In this document: positions 13,051-23,947 of the stretch, piece after piece
How the letters are laid out: the number at the start of each line of letters is the position of its first letter
Numbering within the stretch: position 1 is the first letter of the stretch
NCBI GenBank assembly: GCA_964016885.1
Contig: OZ024749.1
Span: forward strand, 11,470,001 to 11,534,000
Source: Eledone cirrhosa
Taxonomy: Eukaryota
DNA: 64,000 nt
Direction of reading: 5' to 3'
Translations under genes and position numbers: made by a program
The notes under the pieces: model-generated
Seen by the model: only the letters and a program-made list of their open reading frames with translations
Database searches by the model: none
What the model was told of the DNA's origin: nothing

Positions 13051-13494
13051 GTAAGTTTATTTGCTTTCTTATTGTCTAGTCACGGAGAGCAGGTCAGCAC
13101 CAATGACCTGTTTCAGGTCTTTAGGGACTGGTGAGAGATGAGGAAGGAATGTAGCCCTCTTTAAGTCTTTAGGGACTGAGAAGTGAGGTATGTCCTGAAA
13201 TTGGAAATCTGGCCCAAGTACTTGCAACAAAATGGTCTCTGCTAAAGGCACCCATGATCCAGGTGTATATTGCAGTTTAACCCATTTGGTACCAAACAAC
13301 CTGAGATCAACCCTGGCTCTACAACATAAAGTTGTTTATTTTAAAGAATTTGTATTTGTTTAAAACCCTTCATAATTTTATATAAGAACTGTCATTATGT
13401 TATGTTCTAAATATTAGTTTAAATGAGAAATTTTAGTTATATTATTAAATCTTTCCAAATTCTTGATTATTCTCAAAATTATTTGAAAATATAG

Positions 13495-13765
13495 ACTGAC
13501 TTTCATTAGAAATATGATAATGAAAGGGTTAATGACAGTGTCTTTCATTAGAAATATTGTAATGAAAGGGTTAATTAAATAGACAATGTCTTTCATTAGA
13601 AATATGGTAATGAAAAGGTTAATGACATAGACAGTGTCTTTCATTAGAAATAGGGTAATGAAAGGGTTAATGACATAGACAGTGTCTTTCATTAGAAATA
13701 TGGCAATGAAAGGGTTAATGACAGGCAGTGTCTTTCATTAGAAATATGGTAATGAAAGGGTTAGT
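13495..13765. repeat. Second short array of the 48-bp MITE-terminus unit
   Basis: Same unit as 8489-9025, about 5-6 copies. Confidence 0.9.
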
Positions 13766-14057
13766 GTTTATATTTATCTAAACACTTCTGTTAAATTTCT
13801 ATAAACACCAGTTTAATAATGAGAAAATTAGTTATATTATTAAATCCTTCCAAATTTTTGATCATTTTCAAAATTATTTGAAAATTATAGGCAGTGTTTT
13901 TCATTAGAAATATGGTAACTAAAGGGATAATACTAAACAAACAACATGGTTGTGTGACTGCCTAAGTTGCTGAGTTCCTTACTCTTTTTTATTTTTTCCC
14001 TTCCATTATGTTTTCCTCAGAAAAGTTTATCCCTTGACTATCTGTAGCTCTCTCTGG

Positions 14058-14287
14058 TTAACCCTTTAATATTTACATTGCTCTATATATACTATTGTAA
14101 TTTTGTGGTTAAGGCTTTATCTTACATAATTATCTCGCATAATATCGAATCTGCGAAATTTTGAAAGCATTTATTTTGAGAACACTATCTTAACGTCAGT
14201 ATGAGCAGCCAGTTACGGCTGGTTTGAACAAAAAGGAAGTGAGAGAATTCTGTCCGGATACGGACGGTTTAAATGCTAAAGAGTTAA
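14058..14287. mobile_element. piggyBac-like MITE (TTAA-CCCTTT termini)
   Basis: ttaaccctttaatattta ... taaatgctaaagagttaa imperfect terminal inverted repeats. Similar ends at 14964, 34980, 35355 and 63910. Confidence 0.5.
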
Positions 14288-14441
14288 GAAAGATTTCCTC
14301 TATATTTTGAAAGTCTTTCTCAAACCTAGAATCTCCATAGGCAGGAGCTTATTCCAGTTTTATGACTATAAATACAAAACTTTCACGGGATCCCAGTGAA
14401 AGACAATGGTAATTCCAAGCTGTTATTTGAATTAACAAACC

Positions 14442-14786
14442 TGGAGGCACATGGCTTAGTGGTTAGAGCATTGGCCTTGCAATCGAACGGTTGTGAGTTC
14501 AATTCTCAGACCGGGTGATGTGTTGTTTCCTTGAGCAAGACACTTTATTTCACATTGCTCCAGTTTACTCAGCTGTAGAAATGAGATGATAGGGACTGGG
14601 GTCCCTATCATTCCACTGCAAAGTGGTCGTGGAGGTGCCACGGCACAAAAGCACCCAGTACTCACTGTAAATGAGGTTGGTGTTAGGAAGGGCATCCAGC
14701 TGTAGAAATCAAGCCATAATAAGTTCCCGTCCCACACTTGCAAGCAGGGAAAAGCGGACGTAAAATGATGATGATGATGATGATGA
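14442..14786 (+). mobile_element. tRNA-derived SINE family A, full length
   Basis: A and B boxes, (ATG)n tail, flanking aaacctg target-site duplication. Confidence 0.88.
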
Positions 14787-14881
14787 AACCTGTTTTTAGA
14801 TATTTTCTGCTAAATCATTACAGGATGTTAAATGCTTTGAAGATTTTCTTAAAGTTAAATAATTTCTGTCTTTTATTTCAG

Positions 14882-14956
14882 GATCTGAGATTACAAATTG
14901 AGAGTGCTATTAAAATTCAAACTGCATTCAGGGGTTATCGAACAAGGAAAAAACAA
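14882..14956 (+). CDS. UBE3C: UBE3C-like exon 3, IQ motif (DLRLQIESAIKIQTAFRGYRTRKKQ)
   Basis: tttcag| and |gtaagt, 75 nt. Contains the IQxxxRGYxxRK motif typical of UBE3B/UBE3C. Confidence 0.92.
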
Positions 14957-15124
14957 GTAAGTTTAACCCTTTAGCATTTAAACTGGCCATATCCAGCCAA
15001 AATTCTCTTATCTCTTTCTGTTCAAACTGGCTATAACCAGCATCTCATACTGATGTTAAGGTATTGTTCTCAACATAAATGATATCAAAATCTCATAGAT
15101 TCGATAGTATGTGAGATAACTAAG

Positions 15125-15870
15125 TATAGTGGCTTATTCTTCTCTAAGAACCTCTCTTGTAGTTGTCTCACTAAGAAGAGGGCATCTGTTGTACTTTTCC
15201 CAGGCACAAAACCAAACTGCATCTCATCTAATTTGAGCTTTTCTCTATCAGTTGCGCTAATATTCTTTTTGCCACTTTCATAACCTGATCCATCAGTTTT
15301 ATCCCCCTATAATTGCTCCTCTCCAGAGCATCCCCTTTACCTTTGTAGCAATTTATGAGAATATTGCTGCACCAGTCTTTGGGTATGACACCGCCATATA
15401 TAGCCTGATTGATGATGCGTGCAACCAGTTTAGTTCCTACTTCTCCTGATGTCTTCAGCATCTCAGCAACTTTCCCCGACGGTCCAGCAGCCTTGCCATT
15501 TTTCATTTCCTTAATTGCCTCTTGGACCCTATATTCGTCAATCTCAATAGGTGGTCCCTCTGTCGGATCTACTGGAGGTAGTTTCTCTCTCTCCCATTCG
15601 TTCTCCACATTCATCAGTCTCTCATAATGACATTTCCAGGCCTCCTTTTTCTGATCATTCGTGACACTAAGTACACCGGCATCATTCCGGACACACTTAT
15701 CTCCAACAACATCCTGATTTGCACTGACACACTGCCTTGCAATGTGGAACACCACACATCTCTGATCTTCTCGTCGTAGAACATTGGGTAAACCTGCTAC
15801 TCTCAGCCTCCCTGCGTGCTAAGTACACCTGACGTCTAGCTTCTCTCTTAGCGGCTGTGTATCGGTCTCT
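15125..15870 (-). mobile_element. RTE-clade LINE internal fragment
   Basis: KAAGPSG, CYKGKGDALERSNYRGIKL and QFGF motifs. Near-identical to part of 32250-34270. Confidence 0.9.
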
Positions 15871-16119
15871 ATATTTTGAATAAAATAAACATCCAATGTG
15901 TTTCATTTGAAAATAATGAAGAATTTGGAAGAATTTAGTAACTTCAACACTATTCAGCTTATGTTTAGGATATTGCTTGATAAAAGGTTCTTACATAAAA
16001 TGATGATGAAAGTTTTTCATTTAAATACAAACAACACTTTAAAATAAACAGTTTTGTATGATAAAACCAGAGGCAGTTTGATGTCAAAAGTGTTAAGCAA
16101 TGCATTTTTCGAGAAGGTC

Positions 16120-19100
16120 CATGGCCCAGTGGTTAGGGTGTTGAACTAAAAATCACAAAGTTCTGGCCCAGCGGTTAGGGTGTTGAACTAAAAATCACAA
16201 AGTTCTGGCCCAGCGGTTAGGGTGTTGAACTAAAAATCACAAAGTTATGGCCCAGTGGTTAGGGTGTTGAACTAAAAATCACAAAGTTATGGCCCAGTGG
16301 TTAGGGTGTTGAACTAACAATCACAAAGTTCTGGCCCAGCGGTTAGGGTGTTGAACTAAAAATCACAAAGTTATCGCCCAGTGGTTAGGGTGTTGAACTC
16401 ACAATCACAAAGTTATGGCCCAGCGGTTAGGGTGTTGAACTAAAAATCACAAAGTTATCGCCCAGTGGTTAGGGTGTTGAACTCACAATCACAAAGTTAT
16501 GGCCCAGTGGTTAGGGTGTTGAACTAAAAATCACAAAGTTATCGCCCAGTGGTTAGGGTGTTGAACTCACAATCACAAAGTTCTGGCCCAGTGGTTAGGG
16601 TGTTGAACTAACAATCACAAAGTTATGGCCCAGTGGTTAGGGTGTTGAACTAAAAATCACAAAGTTATGGCCCAGTGGTTAGGGTGTTGAACTAAAAATC
16701 ACAAAGTTATGGCCCAGTGGTTAGGGTGTTGAACTAAAAATCACAAAGTTATGGCCCAGTGGTTAGGGTGTTGAACTCACAATCACAAAGTTATGGCCCA
16801 GTGGTTAGGGTGTTGAACTAACAATCACAAAGTTCTGGCCCAGCGGTTAGGGTGTTGAACTAACAATCACAAAGTTATAGCCCAGTGGTTAGGGTGTTGA
16901 ACTAACAATCACAAAGTTATCGCCCAGTGGTTAGGGTGTTGAACTCACAATCACAAAGTTATGGCCCAGGGGTTAGGGTGTTGAACTAACAATCACAAAG
17001 TTATGGCCCAGGGGTTAGGGTGTTGAACTAACAATCACAAAGTTATGGCCCATCGGTTAGGGTGTTGAACTCACAATCACAAAGTTATGGCCCAGCGGTT
17101 AGGGTGTTGAACTAAAAATCACAAAGTTATGGCCCAGTGGTTAGGGTGTTGAACTCACAATCACAAAGTTATGGCCCAGTGGTTAGGGTGTTGAACTCAC
17201 AATCACAAAGTTATGGCCCAGTGGTTAGGGTGTTGAACTCACAATCACAAAGTTATGGCCCAGCGGTTAGGGTGTTGAACTAACAATCACAAAGTTATGG
17301 CCCAGTGGTTAGGGTGTTGAACTCACAATCACAAAGTTATGGCCCAGCGGTTAGGGTGTTGAACTCACAATCACAAAGTTATGGCCCAGTGGTTAGGGTG
17401 TTGAACTAACAATCACAAAATTATGGCCCAGGGGTTAGGGTGTTGAACTAACAATCACAAAGTTATGGCCCAGGGGTTAGGGTGTTGAACTAACAATCAC
17501 AAAGTTATGGCCCAGGGGTTAGGGTGTTGAACTAACAATCACAAAGTTATGGCCCAGGGGTTAGGGTGTTGAACTAACAATCACAAAATTATGGCCCAGG
17601 GGTTAGGGTGTTGAACTCACAATCACAAAGTTATGGCCCAGTGGTTAGGGTGTTGAACTCACAATCACAAAGTTATGGCCCAGGGGTTAGGGTGTTGAAC
17701 TAAAAATCACTATGGCCCAGTGGTTAGGGTGTTGAACTCACAATCACAAAGTTATGGCCCAGTGGTTAGGGTGTTGAACTCACAATCACAAAGTTATGGC
17801 CCAGTGGTTAGGGTGTTGAACTCACAATCACAAAGTTCTGGCCCAGCGGTTAGGGTGTTGAACTAAAAATCACAAAGTTATGGCCCAGGGGTTAGGGTGT
17901 TGAACTAAAAATCACAAAGTTATCGCCCAGGGGTTAGGGTGTTGAACTAACAATCACAAAGTTATCGCCCAGGGGTTAGGGTGTTGAACTAAAAATCACA
18001 AAGTTATCGCCCAGGGGTTAGGGTGTTGAACTCACAATCACAAAGTTATCGCCCAGGGGTTAGGGTGTTGAACTAAAAATCACTATGGCCCAGTGGTTAG
18101 GGTGTTGAACTAAAAATCACAAAGTTATGGCCCAGTGGTTAGGGTGTTGAACTCACAATCACAAAGTTATCGCCCAGGGGTTAGGGTGTTGAACTAAAAA
18201 TCACAAAGTTATCGCCCAGGGGTTAGGGTGTTGAACTAACAATCACAAAGTTATCGCCCAGGGGTTAGGGTGTTGAACTAAAAATCACTATGGCCCAGTG
18301 GTTAGGGTGTTGAACTAAAAATCACAAAGTTATGGCCCAGTGGTTAGGGTGTTGAACTCACAATCACAAAGTTATCGCCCAGGGGTTAGGGTGTTGAACT
18401 AAAAATCACAAAGTTATCGCCCAGGGGTTAGGGTGTTGAACTAACAATCACAAAGTTATGGCCCAGTGGTTAGGGTGTTGAACTCACAATCACAAAGTTA
18501 TCGCCCAGGGGTTAGGGTGTTGAACTAAAAATCACAAAGTTATCGCCCAGGGGTTAGGGTGTTGAACTAACAATCACAAAGTTATCGCCCAGGGGTTAGG
18601 GTGTTGAACTAACAATCACAAAGTTATGGCCCAGGGGTTAGGGTGTTGAACTAAAAATCACTATGGCCCAGTGGTTAGGGTGTTGAACTAAAAATCACAA
18701 AGTTATGGCCCAGTGGTTAGGGTGTTGAACTAACAATCACAAAGTTATGGCCCAGTGGTTAGGGTGTTGAACTCACAATCACAAAGTTATGGCCCAGCGG
18801 TTAGGGTGTTGAACTCACAATCACAAAGTTATGGCCCAGTGGTTAGGGTGTTGAACTAACAATCACAAAATTATGGCCCAGGGGTTAGGGTGTTGAACTA
18901 ACAATCACAAAGTTATGGCCCAGGGGTTAGGGTGTTGAACTAACAATCACAAAGTTATGGCCCAGGGGTTAGGGTGTTGAACTAACAATCACAAAGTTAT
19001 CGCCCAGTGGTTAGGGTGTTGAACTAACAATCACAAAGTTATCGCCCAGGGGTTAGGGTGTTGAACTAAAAATCACAAAGTTATGGCCCAGTGGTTAGGG

Positions 19101-19127
19101 TGTTGAACTAACAATCACAAAGTTATA
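16120..19127. repeat. 42-bp satellite (about 70 copies) derived from a tRNA-SINE head; one TTAGGG per unit
   Basis: Unit atggcccagtggttagggtgttgaactaaaaatcacaaagtt. Confidence 0.97.
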
Positions 19128-19206
19128 GGTTTGATTTCTGGACTGCTCAGCACATTGTGTTCTTCATTAAAATTCTTTATTACACATCACTCCTTCTGCC
19201 AGGAGT

Positions 19207-21750
19207 TTCAATCTGATGTCTCAACCTGATATATCTCAACCTGATGTCTCAACCTGATATATCTCAACCTGATATATCTCAACCTGATGTGTCTCAACCT
19301 GATATATCTCAATCTGATGTGTCTCAACCTGATGTGTCTCAACCTGATGTGTCTCAACCTGATATATCTCAACCTGATGTGTCTCAACCTGATGTGTCTC
19401 AACCTGATATATCTCAACCTGATATATCTCAACCTGATGTGTCTCAACCTGATGTGTCTCAACCTGATATATCTCAACCTGATATATCTCAACCTGATGT
19501 CTCAACCTGATATATCTCAATCTGATGTCTCAACCTGATGTATCTCAACCTGATGTCTCAACCTGATATATCTCAATCTGATGTCTCAACCTGATGTGTC
19601 TCAACCTGATGTGTCTCAACCTGATATATCTCAACCTGATGTGTCTCAACCTGATAAATCTCAATCTGATGTCTCAACCTGATGTGTCTCAACCTGATGT
19701 GTCTCAACCTGATATATCTCAACCTGATGTCTCAACCTGATATATCTCAACCTGATATATCTCAACCTGATGTGTCTCAACCTGATATATCTCAATCTGA
19801 TGTCTCAACCTGATGTGTCTCAACCTGATGTGTCTCAACCTGATGTGTCTCAACCTGATGTGTCTCAACCTGATGTCTCAACCTGATATATCTCAATCTG
19901 ATGTCTCAACCTGATGTGTCTCAACCTGATGTCTCAACCTGATATATCTCAATCTGATGTCTCAACCTGATGTGTCTCAACCTGATGTGTCTCAACCTGA
20001 TATATCTCAACCTGATATATCTCAATCTGATGTCTCAACCTGACGTGTCTCAACCTGATGTGTCTCAACCTGATGTGTCTCAACCTGATGTGTCTCAACC
20101 TGATGTGTCTCAACCTGATAAATCTCAATCTGATGTGTCTCAACCTGATGTGTCTCAACCTGATGTGTCTCAACCTGATAAATCTCAATCTGATGTGTCT
20201 CAACCTGATGTGTCTCAACCTGATGTGTCTCAACCTGATAAATCTCAATCTGATGTGTCTCAACCTGATATCTCAACCTGATATATCTCAATCTGATGTC
20301 TCAACCTGATGTGTCTCAACCTGATGTCTCAACCTGATATATCTCAATCTGATGTCTCAACCTGATGTGTCTCAACCTGATGTCTCAACCTGATATATCT
20401 CAATCTGATGTCTCAACCTGATGTGTCTCAACCTGATGTCTCAACCTGATGTGTCTCAACCTGATATATCTCAACCTGATGTGTCTCAACCTGATATATC
20501 TCAACCTGATATATCTCAATCTGATGTCTCAACCTGACGTGTCTCAACCTGATGTGTCTCAACCTGATGTGTCTCAACCTGATGTGTCTCAACCTGATGT
20601 GTCTCAACCTGACGTGTCTCAACCTGATAAATCTCAATCTGATGTGTCTCAACCTGATGTGTCTCAACCTGATGTGTCTCAACCTGATATATCTCAATCT
20701 GATGTCTCAACCTGACGTGTCTCAATCTGATAAATCTCAATCTGATGTGTCTCAACCTGATGTGTCTCAACCTGATGTGTCTCAACCTGATAAATCTCAA
20801 TCTGATGTGTCTCAACCTGATGTGTCTCAACCTGATGTGTCTCAACCTGATAAATCTCAATCTGATGTGTCTCAACCTGATGTGTCTCAACCTGATGTGT
20901 CTCAACCTGATATATCTCAACCTGATATATCTCAATCTGATGTCTCAACCTGATGTGTCTCAACCTGATATATCTCAACCTGATGTGTCTCAACCTGATG
21001 TGTCTCAACCTGATATATCTCAACCTGATATATCTCAACCTGATATATCTCAATCTGATGTCTCAACCTGATATATCTCAACCTGACGTGTCTCAACCTG
21101 ATGTGTCTCAACCTGATGTGTCTCAACCTGACGTGTCTCAACCTGATGTGTCTCAACCTGATATATCTCAATCTGATGTCTCAACCTGACGTGTCTCAAC
21201 CTGATATATCTCAACCTGATGTGTCTCAACCTGATGTGTCTCAACCTGATATATCTCAACCTGATATATCTCAACCTGATAAATCTCAATCTGATGTGTC
21301 TCAACCTGATGTGTCTCAACCTGATGTGTCTCAACCTGATATATCTCAACCTGATATATCTCAATCTGATGTCTCAACCTGATATATCTCAACCTGACGT
21401 GTCTCAACCTGATGTGTCTCAACCTGATATATCTCAATCTGATGTCTCAACCTGATGTGTCTCAACCTGATAAATCTCAACCTGATATATCTCAACCTGA
21501 TATATCTCAACCTGACGTGTCTCAACCTGATGTGTCTCAACCTGATATATCTCAACCTGACGTGTCTCAACCTGATATATCTCAACCTGATGTGTCTCAA
21601 CCTGATATATCTCAACCTGATGTGTCTCAACCTGATGTGTCTCAACCTGATGTGTCTCAACCTGATGTGTCTCAACCTGATGTGTCTCAACCTGATGTGT
21701 CTCAACCTGATGTGTCTCAACCTGATATATCTCAATCTGATGTGTCTCAA
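19207..21750. repeat. 15/13-bp minisatellite (about 170 copies)
   Basis: Units tctcaacctgatgtg / tctcaacctgatata / tctcaatctgatg. Confidence 0.97.
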
Positions 21751-21827
21751 CAATGGAAACATTCTTTACTTGCTCTTGTTTCTTCTTTTTTTTTCTTTAG
21801 TAATAATTGTTTTATTCCTTTTTCCAG

Positions 21828-21965
21828 GCAATACATCTGCGAGAATTGTTTGATTTCGAATTATCTACATTTCCCAAGCAATCTTTGGTTGACATCGAGA
21901 CTGTTACTGATCTATGTTATAAGCTTCTTGTCTTTTATGATGGCAATTTGGATCAATCCAGACTC
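21828..21965 (+). CDS. UBE3C: UBE3C-like exon 4 (AIHLRELFD...LLVFYDGNLDQSRL)
   Basis: ttccag| and |gtgagt, 138 nt, phase 0-0. Similar to UBE3C 'LLFFYKQNEDSKRL'. Confidence 0.85.
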
Positions 21966-21993
21966 GTGAGTAACTTACATTATTATCTTTGAG

Positions 21994-22170
21994 ACAGTAT
22001 CGGTAGAGGATCGGACGCCATGCTTTGCAGCAAAGAGTTACGGCCCTTTATGGTCTGAGTTCAAACCGTGCCGAGGTTAACTTTGCCTTTCATCCTTACG
22101 TGGTCGATAAAATAAAGTACCAGTAATGTACTGGGTAATTGCTGGCCTTGTGCCAAAAGTAGAAACAATT
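21994..22170 (+). mobile_element. tRNA-derived SINE family B
   Basis: cagtatcggtagag...ctgagttcaaa...gtcgataaaataaagtaccag...ccaaaagtagaaac. Copies at 26672 and 62840. Confidence 0.75.
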
Positions 22171-22999
22171 ATTATCTTTGTCATATTTATTCTTTCTATT
22201 ACTGGTTTCAGTCATTAGACTGTGACCATGCTGGGGCACCACACTCCTTTACTGGTTTCAGTCATTAAACTGGGGCACCACACTCTTTTACTGGTTTACC
22301 CATTAGACTGTGGCCATGCTGGGGCACCGATTATTTTTTTCAAGTCTGAAGCTTATTTTATCAATCTGTTTTTGTCGAACTGCTCTTTTTGTATATGAAA
22401 CATCAGCTGGAGATGCTCATTTGCATATAGTACAAAATATGTCTGCTTCATTCAGAAAGTAATAAAGAAAAGAATAGAAAAATGTATTCTACGAAAATTA
22501 TAAAACATTTGTAGTACTTCAGTATTTACAATGTTTTTAGCGTCAATAGATTTATAGGTTTGGCTACCTCTAGGGATCATTTGTGAGAGATTTTGTTGAT
22601 GGCATTCACTGTGATGTTTTATGGGGCATTCGTTTTTCACACAGCCACTCCTCGTGGGAATGGTGGATTTTGAAATTGGGGAACACTTGATTAATGTCCA
22701 AGTGAGTCAGATGTCAGATTGGTCAACAAAAAATGAAAACACCTAGAACAGTTTTAGTTAGAGGGGAGGTGGAGTAGTAGTATTTCCCTCTATATAGATA
22801 GTATGACAGACTAACAGACAGTACTTGTGTGCTAAAAAGAGCAGTCAATTCTACCCGAAACTGCCTCCACCCCTCCATCAACCGTTTGTGGGAAATAAGT
22901 CAACTGTGAACATGCTGGAGGTCACATTAGTTGAAAACACATGAAAAACTTTAATTATTATAAATTTTGTTTAGTATTATTGTAAATGTAAATGTTGGG

Positions 23000-23762
23000 T
23001 ACACAAGAGATGTAGTGGGATAACAGGTAGACTAACAGTATCAGGAAGAGAAGACTTTGTTTCTAGAAAATGCACAGGAGTAATCAAAGGGAAGATAGGC
23101 CAGTGATGTAAGCCTATTTATTCTAGACACAGGATGGACCCATAGCAGTGGTTGATAGCTTCTGCTATTTAGGTAACGTGATTAGCAATGGAGGAGGGTG
23201 TTTTGAGAGCTTAATAGCTAGAATAAGGATAGGATGGAAAAAGTTTAGAGCTACTCCCACTGTTGACCCTAAAAGGTTTCTCTCTTTGTACAAAAGGACA
23301 GCTGTATGACGCCTGTGTGAGAAGTGCGATGCTGCATGGTAGTGAAACATGGGCTGTGACTGGAGAAGACATGCATAGACTGGAGAGAAATGAAGCAGCC
23401 ATGCTTTGTTGGATGTGCAATGTAAGTGTGAGAGAGAGGCAGAGCTTGGACGAGTTGAAGGAGGAGCTGGGTTTAAGGGGAATTTGAGGTGGTGTGCAGG
23501 ACAGAAGACTGCGTTGGTTTGGACATGTACTGCACATGGACAATGATAGTAGGGTGAAGAAGTGCCAGGAAATGCCAGTGGAAAGAAGTCACGGTAGAGG
23601 TAGACCAAGAAAGACCTGGGCAGAGCTTATGAGAGCTGACCTCAAATTGTTGAGTTTCACGGAGGCGATGACAGGATTGCAACATGTAGAGAGATGTGCT
23701 GAAAAGGACTGTCCAACCCATGCAAGCTTGGAAAAGCGAACATAAAAAGGATGATGATGATA
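23000..23762 (+). mobile_element. Degenerate RTE LINE 3' fragment
   Basis: MLHGSETW, RRLRWFGHV and GRGRPRKTW motifs; (GAT)n tail. Confidence 0.88.
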
Positions 23763-23947
23763 ATGATATTAGCAGTCAACATACAAATAAACAAACTTCA
23801 TTTCTATAAGTATATAGATATCCTTGCTATCTCACACAACTTTAGCCACCAATACACGCACTCCCTTTCATAACTCCTCTATATATATACACACATGTAT
23901 ACTTCTGCACACACATAAACCCTAAATTTCTACTCACGCACAGGTGT

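Noticed and set aside
14442-14515. tRNA gene
   Set aside because: The A and B boxes continue into SINE body and LINE-like tail, and there are multiple dispersed copies, so this is a SINE head.
16120-19127. Possible CRISPR array or true interstitial telomere
   Set aside because: There are no unique spacers or cas genes, the context is eukaryotic, and TTAGGG occurs once per unit rather than tandemly.
19208-21969. Repetitive ORFs (SQPDV, IRLRH, CLNL)
   Set aside because: Translations of the 15/13-bp minisatellite with constant frameshifts.
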